Below, piece by piece: positions 36,201 through 49,500 of a stretch of DNA of 64,000 nt. This stretch comes from Lytechinus pictus (Eukaryota), in assembly GCF_037042905.1 (NCBI RefSeq), contig NC_087250.1, positions 14,758,001-14,822,000 of the forward strand, in the 5' to 3' direction. Below the pieces are notes generated by a model, which worked only from the letters and a program-made list of their open reading frames with translations, was not told the origin of the DNA and did not search any database. The translations under genes and the position numbers were made by a program. Each line of letters begins with the position of its first letter. Position 1 is the stretch's first letter.

Positions 36201-38648
36201 TGATAGTTTATTGGAGTAAATCATGATTTGAATTTATTCCAACGAAACATTTTTTGTTTATGCTTAGTTCCTACTGTGTGTTATTAATATTATCAATGTT
36301 ACATGATATTCTGTCAAAACATTTCTTGTTATGCATGGTGAAAAATGAAACAAACAATTATGCACTCGACCCAGGCGAGGTGAATGGGTGCCCGGCAGGA
36401 TTAATTCCTTGAATGCACGAGCGCTGAAAGGAAGCTAGAGCTAAAGCCAGGGTAATAATAATAACAATGCACCTCGGAATAGATTGTTTCTAGATAGATG
36501 GCGCTATACAAATGCCATTATTATTATTATATTATTAATAATAATGCACCTCGGAATAGATTGTTTCTAGATAGATGGCGCTATACAAATACCTATTATT
36601 ATTAGTATTATTAATGAAGCTGCATTTATTGATATTTTCCCCCTTACAGAGATAGTGAGAGTGGGGCCTCCTTCCCTCATGTTAATTTCAGTATACCAGT
36701 CGACTGTTTCAGATATGCAATACAGCAGTTCATCAACACAAAAGGTATGAAAGTAAATAAGATAGTGAGAATAGGATCTAACTCCTCATATCAATCCTAA
36801 TATACTTGTAGGGTACTTTTAGATGATGTGAATCAGTATGCCATGCACTATAGATAATGAGAATGGGGTATAGCTCCTTTGATAGTGTTCTTGTGGAGAT
36901 GTTCTTAGACATGCAGTAGGTCACAACCAAAAGCGGGTATACAGAGATGGTGAGAATGGGGTCTTAGTCCCGATGTCTTTCTTAATGTTCTTGTAGAGTA
37001 CTTTTAGACCCACTGTGTGACGGCAAAATGTGATTAACAGGTGACTAGGCATAAGCCGTCCTATCAAATAGACTCGTGTGGCACCAAGAAACCCAACTTG
37101 GGTAGAGCCATATGTATATTCATGCATCTATTATTGTCTTAATTGCCAAATACGTGCTCCTCTTTGCTTCGGAAGGTAAACTGTACATATTATGAAGAAC
37201 TATGACACTAATGGATTTTAATAGCTGAAATTTATTTATCAGATTAATGACATCTCATTGTACGAAGGGGCAAAGGCCAAGGTCTATCAAAATAATTGTT
37301 TTTTTACGGTAAATATGAAGTGCTTTTACAACTTGTCTCACATGGCATTGCCCCTCTAATACATTTTTCACATGTATGATGGGGGGACCTAAAGCTACGC
37401 ACTTTGTATTCAAACAATAAAAACTATCCCAATTTTAATATTTCAACAAATATCTTTCACTAATTTGTGGCAAACATTCTAAAGATCATTAACCAAGAAG
37501 AAAATATCGCAAAACTCACAAATACGAAAATCCCGCCGTGTTTTCAGAACACCTCTTGATTTCGCCACCCGATGTAGAAGGGGTCCTAAAGCTACGCACT
37601 CGATTTATCATGCAAAAAAATAGTATTTCCTGTGCCTCAATTTCTAAAATATATTCATATTATTATAGGATAAAATGAAATTAAAGCGAATATAACTCTA
37701 AAATTACAAACAGTTGTTGGTTTTCTCTGCATTTAGATATTTACTGCAGCCTCTGTAGAAAAAATTGAATAGGAATCGTTCGTCACTCTGCAGTCACAGT
37801 TCCACACACAGAGTGCGCATTTGCCATAAGAACTGTATGCGCGATGAGTGGTGCGTAGCTTTAGGACCCGCGCAGCTTTAGAACCCCCTACCATACATAA
37901 TTTTGACGAACATGGATAACTGTAATGCTCAAAATCGCCTAATTTCTGAATTCATGGACAACTATAACAGTTTTTTTTTTCACTGATCATTGCCAGAAAC
38001 TCACCCGTCTGGAAAAATCATGTGTTACCACTTCATCATAGGCAGTTTAGTCCAAAGTGGATGTTGATGTTTTGAATCTCTCTTTCCCAAAGCTAATGTA
38101 GAGGGCCTCCAGACTCCCAGTTTCTAGCCCAGTGTTAATCTCCTCATCTCCCCTCATCATACCTTGACTCTGGGTTAGAGATTGGGAGTTAGGAGGCCCT
38201 CTATGTTAGCTTTGGGAAAAAAGCTTCTGTACATCAATGTCCAATCAGGACTAAGGCAGTGGAAGCACCGGGGGGGGGGGGGGGGGGGGGGCCGTTTCAT
38301 AAAGCTGTAAGTTAGGAGCGACTTTAAGAACGACTGGTGATCCTTTCTTACGCGCTCAATAATCCCCATTGAACATTTATTGGTTAATATCATTTACCAC
38401 AAGAAAGGATCACCAGTTGTTTTTAAAGTCGCTCCAAACTTATGAACAGCTTTATGAAACGCCCCCGGTTCCTCTACTCCTACATGTATGTACCATAGGT
38501 AGTCGGCCATGATTTTACCTTGTGCTATCTCTTTGCTTCAGATCCATCATGGTTCAAGGAATTAGAGACGACGGATGAGAGAATTAAATCAGTCTGGGCT
38601 CTGGAGGAGACGGGAACATACACCAAGAGATTACCAAGCAAGCTTTGA
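27207..38648 (+). CDS. TYSND1: Peroxisomal leader peptide-processing protease (trypsin-domain containing 1), 623 aa; exons 27207-27988, 30469-30663, 32390-32574, 33236-33373, 33721-33876, 35196-35317, 35583-35674, 36650-36744, 38542-38648
   Basis: All introns are GT-AG with consistent phases (CDS 1872 nt). Motifs: SGVVID..NGLVIT, CGTPF...PSIFYNSLSRG, TDARCMPGMEGGGLF, PLCWKANEWIG, WGSGV. Catalytic triad contexts TCRHVV / PIDLA / HAGASGG, then FPHVNFSIP and a C-terminal PTS1 SKL*. Confidence 0.95.
28126..28240. mobile_element. 115-bp palindromic hAT-like MITE
   Basis: CAGAGGCGG..CCGCCTCTG ends, arms of about 48 bp, 8-bp TSD TTTTATAA (28118-28125, 28241-28248). Confidence 0.8.
28451..30156 (-). 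mobile_element. Non-autonomous CMC/EnSpm-like element, copy 2, inverted relative to copy 1
   Basis: Same CCCAGGACCAAAATCCA TIRs; 2-bp TSD TT. The core (about 28830-29220) is a near-identical reverse complement of the copy 1 core, and the long satellite arm has more units. Confidence 0.85.
31613..31882. mobile_element. MITE; a related copy lies at about 48223-48596
   Basis: Ends GGCCCTGTCTTACAAAGAGTT and TTGTAAGACGGGCC with subterminal GATTGATC motifs. Confidence 0.65.
34072..34804. mobile_element. P-superfamily-like MITE, 733 bp
   Basis: 23-bp TIRs CATGGACCTATGAAAAGATGGAC and GTCCATCTCTCCATAGGTCCATG (2 mismatches); CAT..ATG termini; 7-bp TSD GACAGAC. Confidence 0.8.
36361..36614 (+). mobile_element. 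5'-truncated SINE with a tandemly duplicated 3' tail
   Basis: Body GCACTCGACCCAGGCGAGGTGAATGGGTGCCCGGCAGG. The tail block AATGCACCTCGGAATAG...GGCGCTATACAAAT-(ATT)n occurs twice. Confidence 0.8.
38288..38466. mobile_element. Short MITE of the abundant GGGCCGTTTCATAAAG..TTTATGAAACGCCCC type; related copies at about 3781, 7049, 39722, 42957 and 62540
   Basis: Imperfect TIRs visible; several related copies in the window share the AGCCAATCA.ATGCAAGGATTTC core. Confidence 0.65.
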
Positions 38649-38697
38649 CATTGATTGAAACTGAGGGGGGAAGAAATGTGGGATACACTACTCTTAG

Positions 38698-38786
38698 AAT
38701 TAGAGATGACGGACGAGAGAATTAAATCAGTCTGGGCCTTGGAGGAGACGGGAACATACACCAAGAGATTACCCAGCAAGCTTTGA
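38698..38786 (+). other. Duplicate of the TYSND1 terminal coding segment; possible alternative last exon
   Basis: Copy of 38560-38648 preceded by CTCTTAG; reads (E)LEMTDERIKSVWALEETGTYTKRLPSKL*. Confidence 0.6.
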
Positions 38787-39214
38787 CATTGATTGAAACT
38801 GAGGGGGAAGAGGGGATGGGTGTCAAAACCCATCATAGGCCCAAGATACACATGCGTCGGGCTTGAAGCCGCCTCTGACGCCGGCCTCACGCCTGCAATT
38901 TTGTGCGTATACATATACACCGGAAGTAGACTGAAACCGCTTTGAGATTTTCTTTCCAAGATGACTATTCAAGCGACACACGTACCTGTCTTTTCACGTC
39001 AGCATTTTCTATTGTTCAATGGAAATTGTTTGGGATCATACATGTACATGTACCTATATCTAGTTCAGTGGTCAAGCAGCGGGCCAGCTTTAGTCCACCT
39101 TTTGACGTATGTGTATCATGGGCCATAGAGAGGGCTCTGCTCTACAGAGCCCTAATGCATTTGTATCTTGTGTATTTCAAAAATTAATTAAAATCATGCC
39201 ATAATCGTGTCATT

Positions 39215-39525
39215 GATGGCGATGATGATAGTGACAATCACATGTATGAGTGCATGATGATAATTTTGATGATGGAGATAACAATGATGATAATGATATC
39301 TTTCTTATTTGCTCTGTAATCTTTCCATCAAGGCCCAAAATAAATATTTCAGTTCAGTACTATGGGGAAGATTTTGATGGTGATGATAGAGATGGAGATG
39401 AAAATGATAATCATGCTGATGATGTTGATGATGATTGTGATGATTGTGATGACAATGATAATAATGATGATGTTGGTGATGATAATGGTAATGATGATGA
39501 TGGTAATAATGATGGTGATGTTGGA
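39215..39525. repeat. Degenerate (GAT)n microsatellite
   Basis: Directly visible; source of the D-rich and M-rich spurious ORFs. Confidence 0.9.
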
Positions 39526-42500
39526 AATGTTAGTGTTGCATCTACTACTATGGGTGCAAATATTGATATTGTGATGACAATGGTTGTATTCATTCAGCGC
39601 TTAAGATATTGTAGCGCTTACAGCTGTTTTGATCACGTACCTCATATCAATGTTTTGAAGAATGACTTGGGCTTTGATAGCATTAATGAACCGAGGACAG
39701 CCATGCTGGATAGAGAGGTCTGGGGCCTGTTTCATAAAGGATTTGCAACTGTTGTAACTTTGCCATAATGACAACTACCATGGAAACGGGGCCTAGCAGC
39801 CAATCAGAATCAAGGTCGCCATGGTAATTGCCAAAATGGCAAAGTTACAACAGTTGCAAGTCCTTTATGAAACGGGCCCCTGGAAGCGCTTCTATGTTCA
39901 TGGTACCCGAGATGGCATAGGCTAAAACCTTTACCTGCCCTCGAACTGACTGAACTATAAACCAAAGAACTTCCACATTGATATCTTGTACTAATTGTTG
40001 ATTTCTGTTGAATATAAGCTGCAATAAAGATCAATTTTATATTGTTATGAAAACGACTCCACCCTTTCTTTCTCTTCCCCCTTCATGTCATGTATGTTGA
40101 ATGTAGAATGTGTGTTAAAGTTATGACCGATTAAAACTCAATTTTCACCTAATGCTATACTCAGATTGCAAACCTCAAGGCCAGACTGAAATCACCTAAG
40201 ATGTTGAAGTTAGTTGCTTAATTCCTGCTTTAAAAGATGACTATAATAGTATACGCATCCCTAGGTATGTGTTAACATTGTAGTCTATACAGGGACAAAT
40301 TATCATTTTCTTACTGCAAAACGCGATATATGGACAGTTTAATTGCTTATTCTCTTTATATCAAGCTGCATGAAACCAATTGCAAAAGTTGGAAATGGAA
40401 TCAAACAATACAAAATAAAGAATGAAATGAAAACAAAAATGTGATGTAAAAAAAAAATTGTTAGGGAGTTGCATAGGTGTGACACCATGACAAGTTGGTA
40501 TAAATAAAAGCAGAAATATTAGTGAAAAATATTGCTGTAGGTTTGGTGAAAATTCAGAATAAAAGTTATAAATTTGTTAATTTATGTCATATGGGAGCAG
40601 CTTCCCCAAATACCTAATATAAATTCTATAAATTTTTCTTTTAAATGGAATATGATACCTGTACACATATTCTAATAGAAAGGGGTGTGAAATGTGTCTT
40701 ATTGTTTATGACGCGTCTATTCAGTGCTTCTTACTCTTAATAGTTCCTTTCATTGTAATGTACTTTTCTATCTTTTCATTCTTTCACGGCACCTCGGGCG
40801 CATTACAAATCCTATCCATTATTATTTTTTATCACACAAATTAAAGCACTTTCCAATGTTTCAGAAACTTCTTAATGTATTTTGGGGGATATCACAACAT
40901 ATGAAGGAACTGCTCTTGTGATGTCACAAAAATCAAACTTTCACTAATATTTTCTCTTATTTATCTCCATTTATTAGAATAAAGTTATAATTAGGGTAAA
41001 CTACCCCTTTAAATTATCATGGCTTAAGCACTTCATGAAGTTGAGTAAGAATGGATTAACATGCGGGTTGGACGTAAAGAGGTTTTCACTGAAATTATGC
41101 AATTGCCCATATATGAGGGGTAAATTGCCAATTCATCCACTCACCATGTCTCCTTTCATTTAGTCTAATGCCATTCTGTTGTCAACATTTTGTCTAACAA
41201 CCATTTGGTGCAATCATCACTTTGACTAATGACCATTTTGTATGTGACCATTTCATCTCATAAGTTGGTCTAATATCAATTTAATTTTCATTAATTTTGC
41301 ACAATTAACACTTGGTCCAAATGCTATATGGACTAAATGGCTATTGGACCAACTGGTTTTAAGACAAAATGGTGAGTGGATGAATTGTCAATTAGACCAT
41401 GTGGATAGTGGACGAACTGATGGCAGACCAAATGATAGTAGTCGAGTTGGCAATTGGACGAATTGGCATGAGACAAGTTGGAAATAAACCATATCAAACG
41501 ATATTCTTCCCTGATGAAATAGAATTCCAAAGGGTATTTATCCACATGTCTAACAATTCTACAATGATGAGATTTAACTGAGAATCAACAAAGACAATTT
41601 TATTGTGCACTGAATTCATTTCTAATCACATGTCATTCACCTTTGTTCCATATGACTGTCACAAATTGGCACATGATGATGCATTTAATGCAAAAAAATG
41701 TTCAATTTTACAAAACATATTTTATACACAATTTACATATGTCATTCAAGCAAAGCTGATGAAACTCCTCTTCCATAAAACTTTGAGCCCTGTATACAGG
41801 GATGTAATCAAGGCCAGTCTCCAGGCCACATTTTGCCGGCCTTGGCCTCGGCCTGAGTCCCAGGTTCTTGTAATAGACTGAGTTTGCTATGGATGCGGTC
41901 GCTAAACAAATGCCTTGGTAATACCCATTGACATGACATTCTATAAACTTAGAATCAAATTCGTGTTGAAATAAAAAGTAAGAAATGCCCCTTTATATAC
42001 TCAGAGGAAGAAATCTTGATCCGGCTTATTTGAAGTGTCTATCGGGATTGCTATGAAAAAATGGGAATTTAATTGAAAATAAACATTTAAAATGTTTAAC
42101 AGAGTAAATAATATCATTAATATCATGATGCATGATATGCACAACAAAATGTACTCGAGGATCAATTTATTGTCATGTAAGTATAACATTTAAACAGTGA
42201 CAAAACTCTTCTGCTAATACAAGTTATCAAGAGGGTATTGTTGATACTAGCAGTATCACGATTTCAGATAGGGACAGCGAGGGGCAGTCATGATTCAATA
42301 AAGAGAAAAAGTCTCAAGTAATAGAGAAAAAAAATTCAGACATTGACAAACCTAGACGAAACAAAAAGTAACACATATCTTTACTCTTCACGCCACTAAC
42401 ATTGGCACACCTTTGCCTGTTTGGATCCTACTCTGGGAAATTTGGGAGTAAGGAAGATTGAAGCAAAGGAGTAGGAGGATGAGAAGAAGAAGAGCAGAAG

Positions 42501-43504
42501 TGGGAAGAATGCCAAAATGAGTTTCAGATGAATACAATCAATAAAAATTCTGCTATCAAAAGGGGTACTCCGGGCTGTATATCTAAATAAATAGAGTAGA
42601 AGTCACAGAGCAAAATGCTGACAATTTCATCAAAATCTGATAACAAATAAAGTTATAGAATTTTTAAGTTTAGCAATATTTTGTTTAAAAAAAGTTATAT
42701 GCACATTGTCATGAATATTCATTAGGTGGGCTGATGATGTAACATCCTCACTTTCCTTTTTCTTATGTTATTACATGAAATCATAATTGTTTCATTATTT
42801 CATTCGAGTGTGAATGGTATATCTCCAGTGTATTGAAAAAAGTTGCAGCAATGAATATCTAATGAACTAAATCAGTTTTCAATCCAATTATTTTATTCTT
42901 GGAGGAAATTTTTTTTATAAGCCTAATTTCATGTAAGAAAATACAAAAGAACATGGGAGTGTTTCGTCAACATTTTCATCCGACAAGTTGTCAGATCTGA
43001 CATCTTTCTCTGATGTTGATTGGCTGAGAGGTACTGTTACTATGGTAACTGTCGGATAAAATGGGACTTGTCGGATAAAACGTCTGACAAGTCCTTTCAT
43101 GAAACGCCCCCCCTGGTGGTGATATGACATAATCAATTTGGTCATTGAATATTCACGAAGACATGCCGAGAACTGTTTCACCGGAATATTGCAAAACTTT
43201 AAAATGTCATAACTTTGTTATTCCTTGTCCGATTTATATCAATTTTTGGCCGTTTGTTTGTCTGATTTTTCTTTATCTGTTCAAATCATACTATTTTCAA
43301 CCTGGAGTACCACTTCAAAGTGAATCCTACCCTCGATTTTACATGAGCAAAAAAGTCCTGCCATAAACTCTTCTTCCAACACAATAATATAAGAGCATAC
43401 TGGGAGAGATCTTTTCTCTTTGTCAAGGTCAATGATTTACAGAATTTCTGCTCAGCCTCGAATGCAGCCCAGAAAGTTCTGGCAAGCAACGTGCATTATT
43501 GGCA

Positions 43505-46500
43505 CTATGTCCTTGTTTGGTCCGTACTTTCAATAATGGATAGAAGGTCATCGCCACTGCCCTGAGTCCTCTCAGGAACACTGGAGCTACCAGGCTGGAC
43601 CATCCTCGAGGCTTCCGGTGTTGTAGTTCCTCTGCCAACATTAGCTGTTGGCAATCTTGATGGCATAAGTGAGGACTGCATTCTCCCAGCAGCCGGTGAT
43701 TCTCTGTGACCTCCGACTTTCGACACTTGTCTGACCCCTGGTGCGGAGGACGTGGATGATGTGATCTTTGCTACTTGAGAGATTCCAGGATGTGGCATTG
43801 GTGGCCGAGCGCTGCTTTGACTTGGAGAAGCATGGGCAGAAGCAACAGGTGGTTTAGGTCGGACAGAAGCAACAGGGAGTTTGGGTCGCACTGAAGCAAC
43901 AGTCGCACCAGGAGTTTGCCGAGCCTTCGGCATGATTGACCCCAGACCAATCTGCCCTAGCAACGATCCTGACACGACCTTGCTGACAGGAGCAGGATTC
44001 TGCCTCACTGAGGATTCAGGACTAGGGATGTTGAAGGTTCTGACGACAGAGCTCAACTGCTTCTGCTGCGTCTTCAGGAACTTCTGGAAACTGTCTGCAA
44101 AGGATCCTGTGCCTGAGGGTGGTGGCGAAAGAGGACTTTTAGTGGCAACAGATTTCTTGATCAATCCCTGGGACTGTCGCGAAGGGCCTTTTGGTAGACT
44201 CTGAGAGTGACCAACCTGCATGCTCCCTATTATTGAAATACTTGCTGATGAGGCTGAGAATACAGCCTGCTTGCTTGTCCCAACTAAAGAACTGGGACGC
44301 TGTTGAGGTTGCTTAGGAGAAGTAGTCACAGAGCCAAGTGCTCCAATATGTACTCTTGGGGTTGACTCATAGAAGGCCTTGCCACCGGGAGTTTCCATGC
44401 TGCCACTGGCAAATCGTTTCGCTTGAGGAATCACAGATGAACTCTGCCCGAGCCTCTCTCTCCGCTGAGCCTCTGTCTTTTCATACTGGCGTGCTGCAGC
44501 CTGGACTATACTTGCAATGTTCGCGCCTGTACTTTCCATCTCATAAAACCGGCGCTTTACTCCACCTTCTGGCGTCCTGGAGGTGCTTCCTTCCACTTTC
44601 CTTGTACTACCACCCTCCCGAGATGTGGCCCTTGGCTCTTCACCAGGCACCAGTCCTTCCTTGCCTCCTGGTTCTGCATTTCTTGAGCTCACATGGATGG
44701 TACTGTCCACCGACGTCTTCACAGGCATACCAACACTACCTCCTGCAGCAGCCTTCGTCCTACTTGCCCCACCTTCCACATATTCTATTGGTTCTCCTCT
44801 GTCTGTGGTCTTCCCATCCTGTTCCAATTGCTCACCAACCCCTCCTTGGTCTGAACTGGATGAAGAAGATCGGCCACTAGGTCTCCTAGTCTCTGAGGAC
44901 ACCCCAGGTCTTGTGGAGCCAGACAGAAAGTCTCGTTGATAGCCCTTGGATTGGACACCCTCAGCATGGGTTGGAGTCTGAAAGAAAAGAACATGTATTA
45001 TGAATAAAGGTAAACATTATAATAATCATCATGAACATCATCATAACCACCATCTTCACGATCATCATCCTGATAATCATCACCAAAATCATCATCTTCA
45101 TCATCATCATCGTCACCATAATTATCATCATCATCGTCATTATCATCACCACTACCACTACCATCCACATCATCACCATCTTCACCATCACCAGTATCAT
45201 CATCATCATCATCATCATCACCAGCCTCATCATCATCATCATCACCATCTTCTTGAAACTCACCCTAGGTATCTTGTGAATGGTCATGTGGTGTTCACAG
45301 AACCTTGTAGCTTGGTCTACCAAAGGTGGCCCTGGCTCGATCTAAGAAAGCAAAATAAATAAATGAGGTAATATTTTCATTTTTGATTTTCCATCCCCCA
45401 CCTCCAACTCAATACTTAAGATCTTTGCATGGCACTTGTTAAGGTTTATATTGACTTGGTGTACAAGCAGATGATCTACTTCTCAGACAGTCTTAAAGGA
45501 CAAGTCCACCCCAACAAAAAATTAATTTGAATAAAAACAGAAAAATCCAACAGGCATAACACTGAAAATTTCATCAAAATCGGATGTAAAATAAGAAAGT
45601 TATGGCATTTTAAAGTTTCGCTGAATTTCACAAAACAGTTATATGCATATCTTGGTTGGTATGCAAATGAGGAGACTGATGACATCATCCACTCACAATT
45701 TCTTTTGTATTTTTTATTTGATTTTTGATTTGATTTATTTTATTTCCACATTTCAAAACAAAAACAAAGAATATACAAGTATAATATTTTTTTTCTCGAT
45801 ATTACATAATTGGCAAATATTTTTTTAAAACATAATTAATAATGCACATAAATCATAAAATATCAACTGTACTGTGAAAATTATATCTATATATACATTT
45901 TCTTTAATTACTGAACATATATATATAGAAATGTGGGAGACCTCCATCTTAAGCTTGGAGCTTGAAAGTGATGGAGGCCTCGAAAGGAAAGGGGATAGAA
46001 AACCAGACTGTATAGTGCAATAAAATTTTATGATATGAAACATTCTAATTTTCTCCTCATTGTCGAGTGAAACAGTGATTCATTCCTCTCTGAACATGTG
46101 GAATTAGCATTGTTTAGTACTATATGATTCAGTCAAGTCGGTCCCTATGGTCAAATCTGTAAAAAATGAAATATTGTATAATTCAAACAATAAAAAAACA
46201 AAAGAAATAGTGAGTGATGGACATCATCGACTGACTCATTTGCATGTCAGCGAGTTGTGCATATCACTGTTTTGTGAAAAATAAGCGAAACTTTAAAATG
46301 CCATAACTTTCTTATTTTACATCCGATTTTGATGAAATTTTCAGTGTTATGCTAGTTTGATTTTTCTCTATTTATTCAAATCAACATTTTGCTGGGGTGG
46401 ACTTGACCTTTAAGGCGACCGCACACCTTAAGATTGGTCTGCGACCCGATTTTGGAATAAAACCTAGTAGAATTAGATGCTAATATTGAGACATGGAATA

Positions 46501-49500
46501 CCTTACTGTGTAATGTTCAAACTCACCGTACGAATTCCTATGTTCAAATCTGTGACTATGCTATCATCCTTCTTAGAATAAAAGCAAATTTAATATCTAG
46601 TCGTAATGACGTCATACATGTAGCAGTCGAACGATTGGCCATGATTTGAAACTAATTTTGCCCTTACTCCAAAATAAAGGCTTGCAATTGTTCAAAATGG
46701 TTATATTAGTATTCTTTCAATTAATTTTAACCTCAAATAAAATGATATGTTCAATTCACATTTTCAGAAAATGAGCAAAATGCGATTCGTTCCAAAATCG
46801 GATTGCGAACAGTCGTAAGGTGTGCGGTGGCCTTAATACCACATGGGATAAATCCAATTCTGCTAACTAAACTTAAGTTATATATATAAATAAATAATAA
46901 CTAGACCATATTGTTAGTAGATGAACTGGTTGTAGACGAGAGTAGACCAGGTGGGATGAATGGGGGGGGGGGGGAAGGGGGTCTAGAGACCCCCATCCTA
47001 ATCTCCTGTCTATGCGAGTGCCTAAGATTCAAGCAAGTGAGACCAAACCAAGTGGCAATTCTGATAAGGAACTGCCCTTCTATGAAACTATCAGTTAGTC
47101 AGAGTTAACAAGGGTTACAAAATAGAGATCAACGTTGACTCACCGGATCGCCTTTAAGCGCCTTGAAGGCAGTGGTCATCAGCTCCGAGGCATGAGACGC
47201 AAGGGCTGGCTGCTTCATTTGGGTATACTGGAAACAGCGATAAGACGAAAGCAGGAGTGAAAGGCATCGCTCGGCTGTCGCCGTCGGTACGACAAGCAGT
47301 GATTGGACGGTTTCCCGGTACGAGTCGAAAGCTTCCCGCGCCAGGAAAAGACGGTCTGCATCCCTGAGGTATTTCCTTCAATAAAAAGAAAATTAAATGA
47401 GAATGTTGGTCTTACTTCCCTCATGGCTAGTAGACAAATAGGCAAATCAATGGTAACTCATGGTCAAGTGGTTCTGACTATTGCCTTTTATTCAAAGGCT
47501 TCTGGATTCAAATCCCAGCATAAAAAATATGTGTACAACAATTAAAACAGGTCAATACATAGCTTTAAGCGCAATGCTACTAAATGGCGTCATATAGTAA
47601 TGAACTACATGTAAGTCGTATTTCTATGATCAAATTGGTCTTATGAAGTGAGGCCATATCAATAAATTGTGATATGACTTCCCCTATCAAAATTTTCCCT
47701 ATTTGTTTTTTGGAAGGGGGGGTGGGTGGGATAGATAATATTTACATTGGATGGCTTTATTTCATGGAATACCAGAAACATTCCACTCGTTGGGCACAAT
47801 ATTCCACAAATATTGGGCCTAACTCTTTGAATATCCATGGTATCCTATTCTGAGCCAGCCAATCTAATATAATCATCTAATAATTAATATTCTTCTCGCA
47901 GCATTCTTTTAAAAATTTGCTAAATATTTTTCTACTGGGGATGTTTACCAAATCACCAAATAGTAAGAAACACATTCCTACTTACTTGCCCTGTTCTGGA
48001 ATGCGATAGAGTTTTGAGGTGACCTGTAGCAGGAGGATGTAGTCTTTCAATTCCCGTAGGATGTAGACCAGGAGAGCCACCGAGCGATACATGTGCCACG
48101 GGAAACTACCAGACCTAGTACACAACGTAAATGGAAAGGAAATAGAATTGAATGTGATAGAGTTTAATGGTGATCTGTAGGAGGAGGATGTAGTCTTTCA
48201 ATTCTCGTAGGATGTAGACCTGAGGCCCGTCTTACAAAGAGTTGTGATTGATCCGATCAATCGCAACTATGGAAAGCCAGCAACATCAACAGCTAAAATA
48301 CATGTTTGTTCAAAATATTTTCTAGAAATGACGTAAATTCATATATTCACTATTTTCTTGACAATTCAGTATGCTTCTCTTAGTTTTCCAAGGACATTGA
48401 GCAAATTTCCTTAAGAAAAATGTCCTCTGCAAACAAAGGCGAACACAACAAATTGTCAAGAAAACAATGAATTTATGTAATTAATGTCATATCTAGAAAA
48501 CATTTCTAACAAACATGCATTTTAGACGTTGACGCTGCTGGCCATCCATAGTTGTGATTGATCGGATTAATCGCAACTCTTTGAAAGACAGGGCCCAGAA
48601 GAGCCACAGAGCGATACATGTGCCACGGGAAACTACCAAATGGAAAGGAATTAGTTGAAAGCAGTGTTTGGTATCAAGACATGACTCAAGTGACATGTAA
48701 ATACATGTACCAGTGACTCCAGGATCCCATAACACAAAGGTTAGCAATTAGTTGTACGTTTGATTTTAACGACTAATTGTACATCGTAGTCGATAGAATC
48801 AATGGTTGAAAAATGTTATACGAAGATTGCTACGCTTTGTGTTACATTCCCCAGAAGTAACGTTATTCTGTGACTTATTCCTATTGACATTTGTCCAGTG
48901 AAGTGACTTGACTCAACCTCAACCCTAAGATGACTCGACTTGGACTAAAAATTGAGTGACTTGTTACGACCCTGGTTAAAGGGGCGTTTTATAAAACTTT
49001 GTCAGCTAAAAGATGTCACAACTGACTAGATTCAAGACTGGTGAATTGCTGAGAAGCACAGGTCTCTAACGGTTAAAATATTTGTTAAAGAATGACCATT
49101 GTTGATGCTGTAAATGTACATAAAATGGTACATAGTTCCCTACGTTAACCCAAATAAAAAGTTGAGTTAGATAATATAGAAAAATAAAACATAATATCGA
49201 CATTTACATCGATGTCAGTAAAATAAGAAAGTTGTGACATTTTCACATATTTTCACTAAACATTGATATGTAAATTATTTCACATTTTATCAATACATTA
49301 TGATACATAGTGTTTCATTCTGATGTGCAACTCAACACTTACTACTATCAATAAAAGTAGAATATGAGACCAGACTCACCGATCAATATCCTGTATAGGA
49401 TTCCTCCAGATTCCCTGGAAGAGATTCTTGCTCTTGTGCTGCTCCGAGAAGAGGCCCGGTGCAACAATGTGATCCATAGGAATCTTTGGCGGATACCCAC

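Noticed and set aside
43881..44939. Antisense ORFs over the CABIN1 terminal exon
   Set aside because: They are shadow frames of a long coding exon, with no motifs or splice support.
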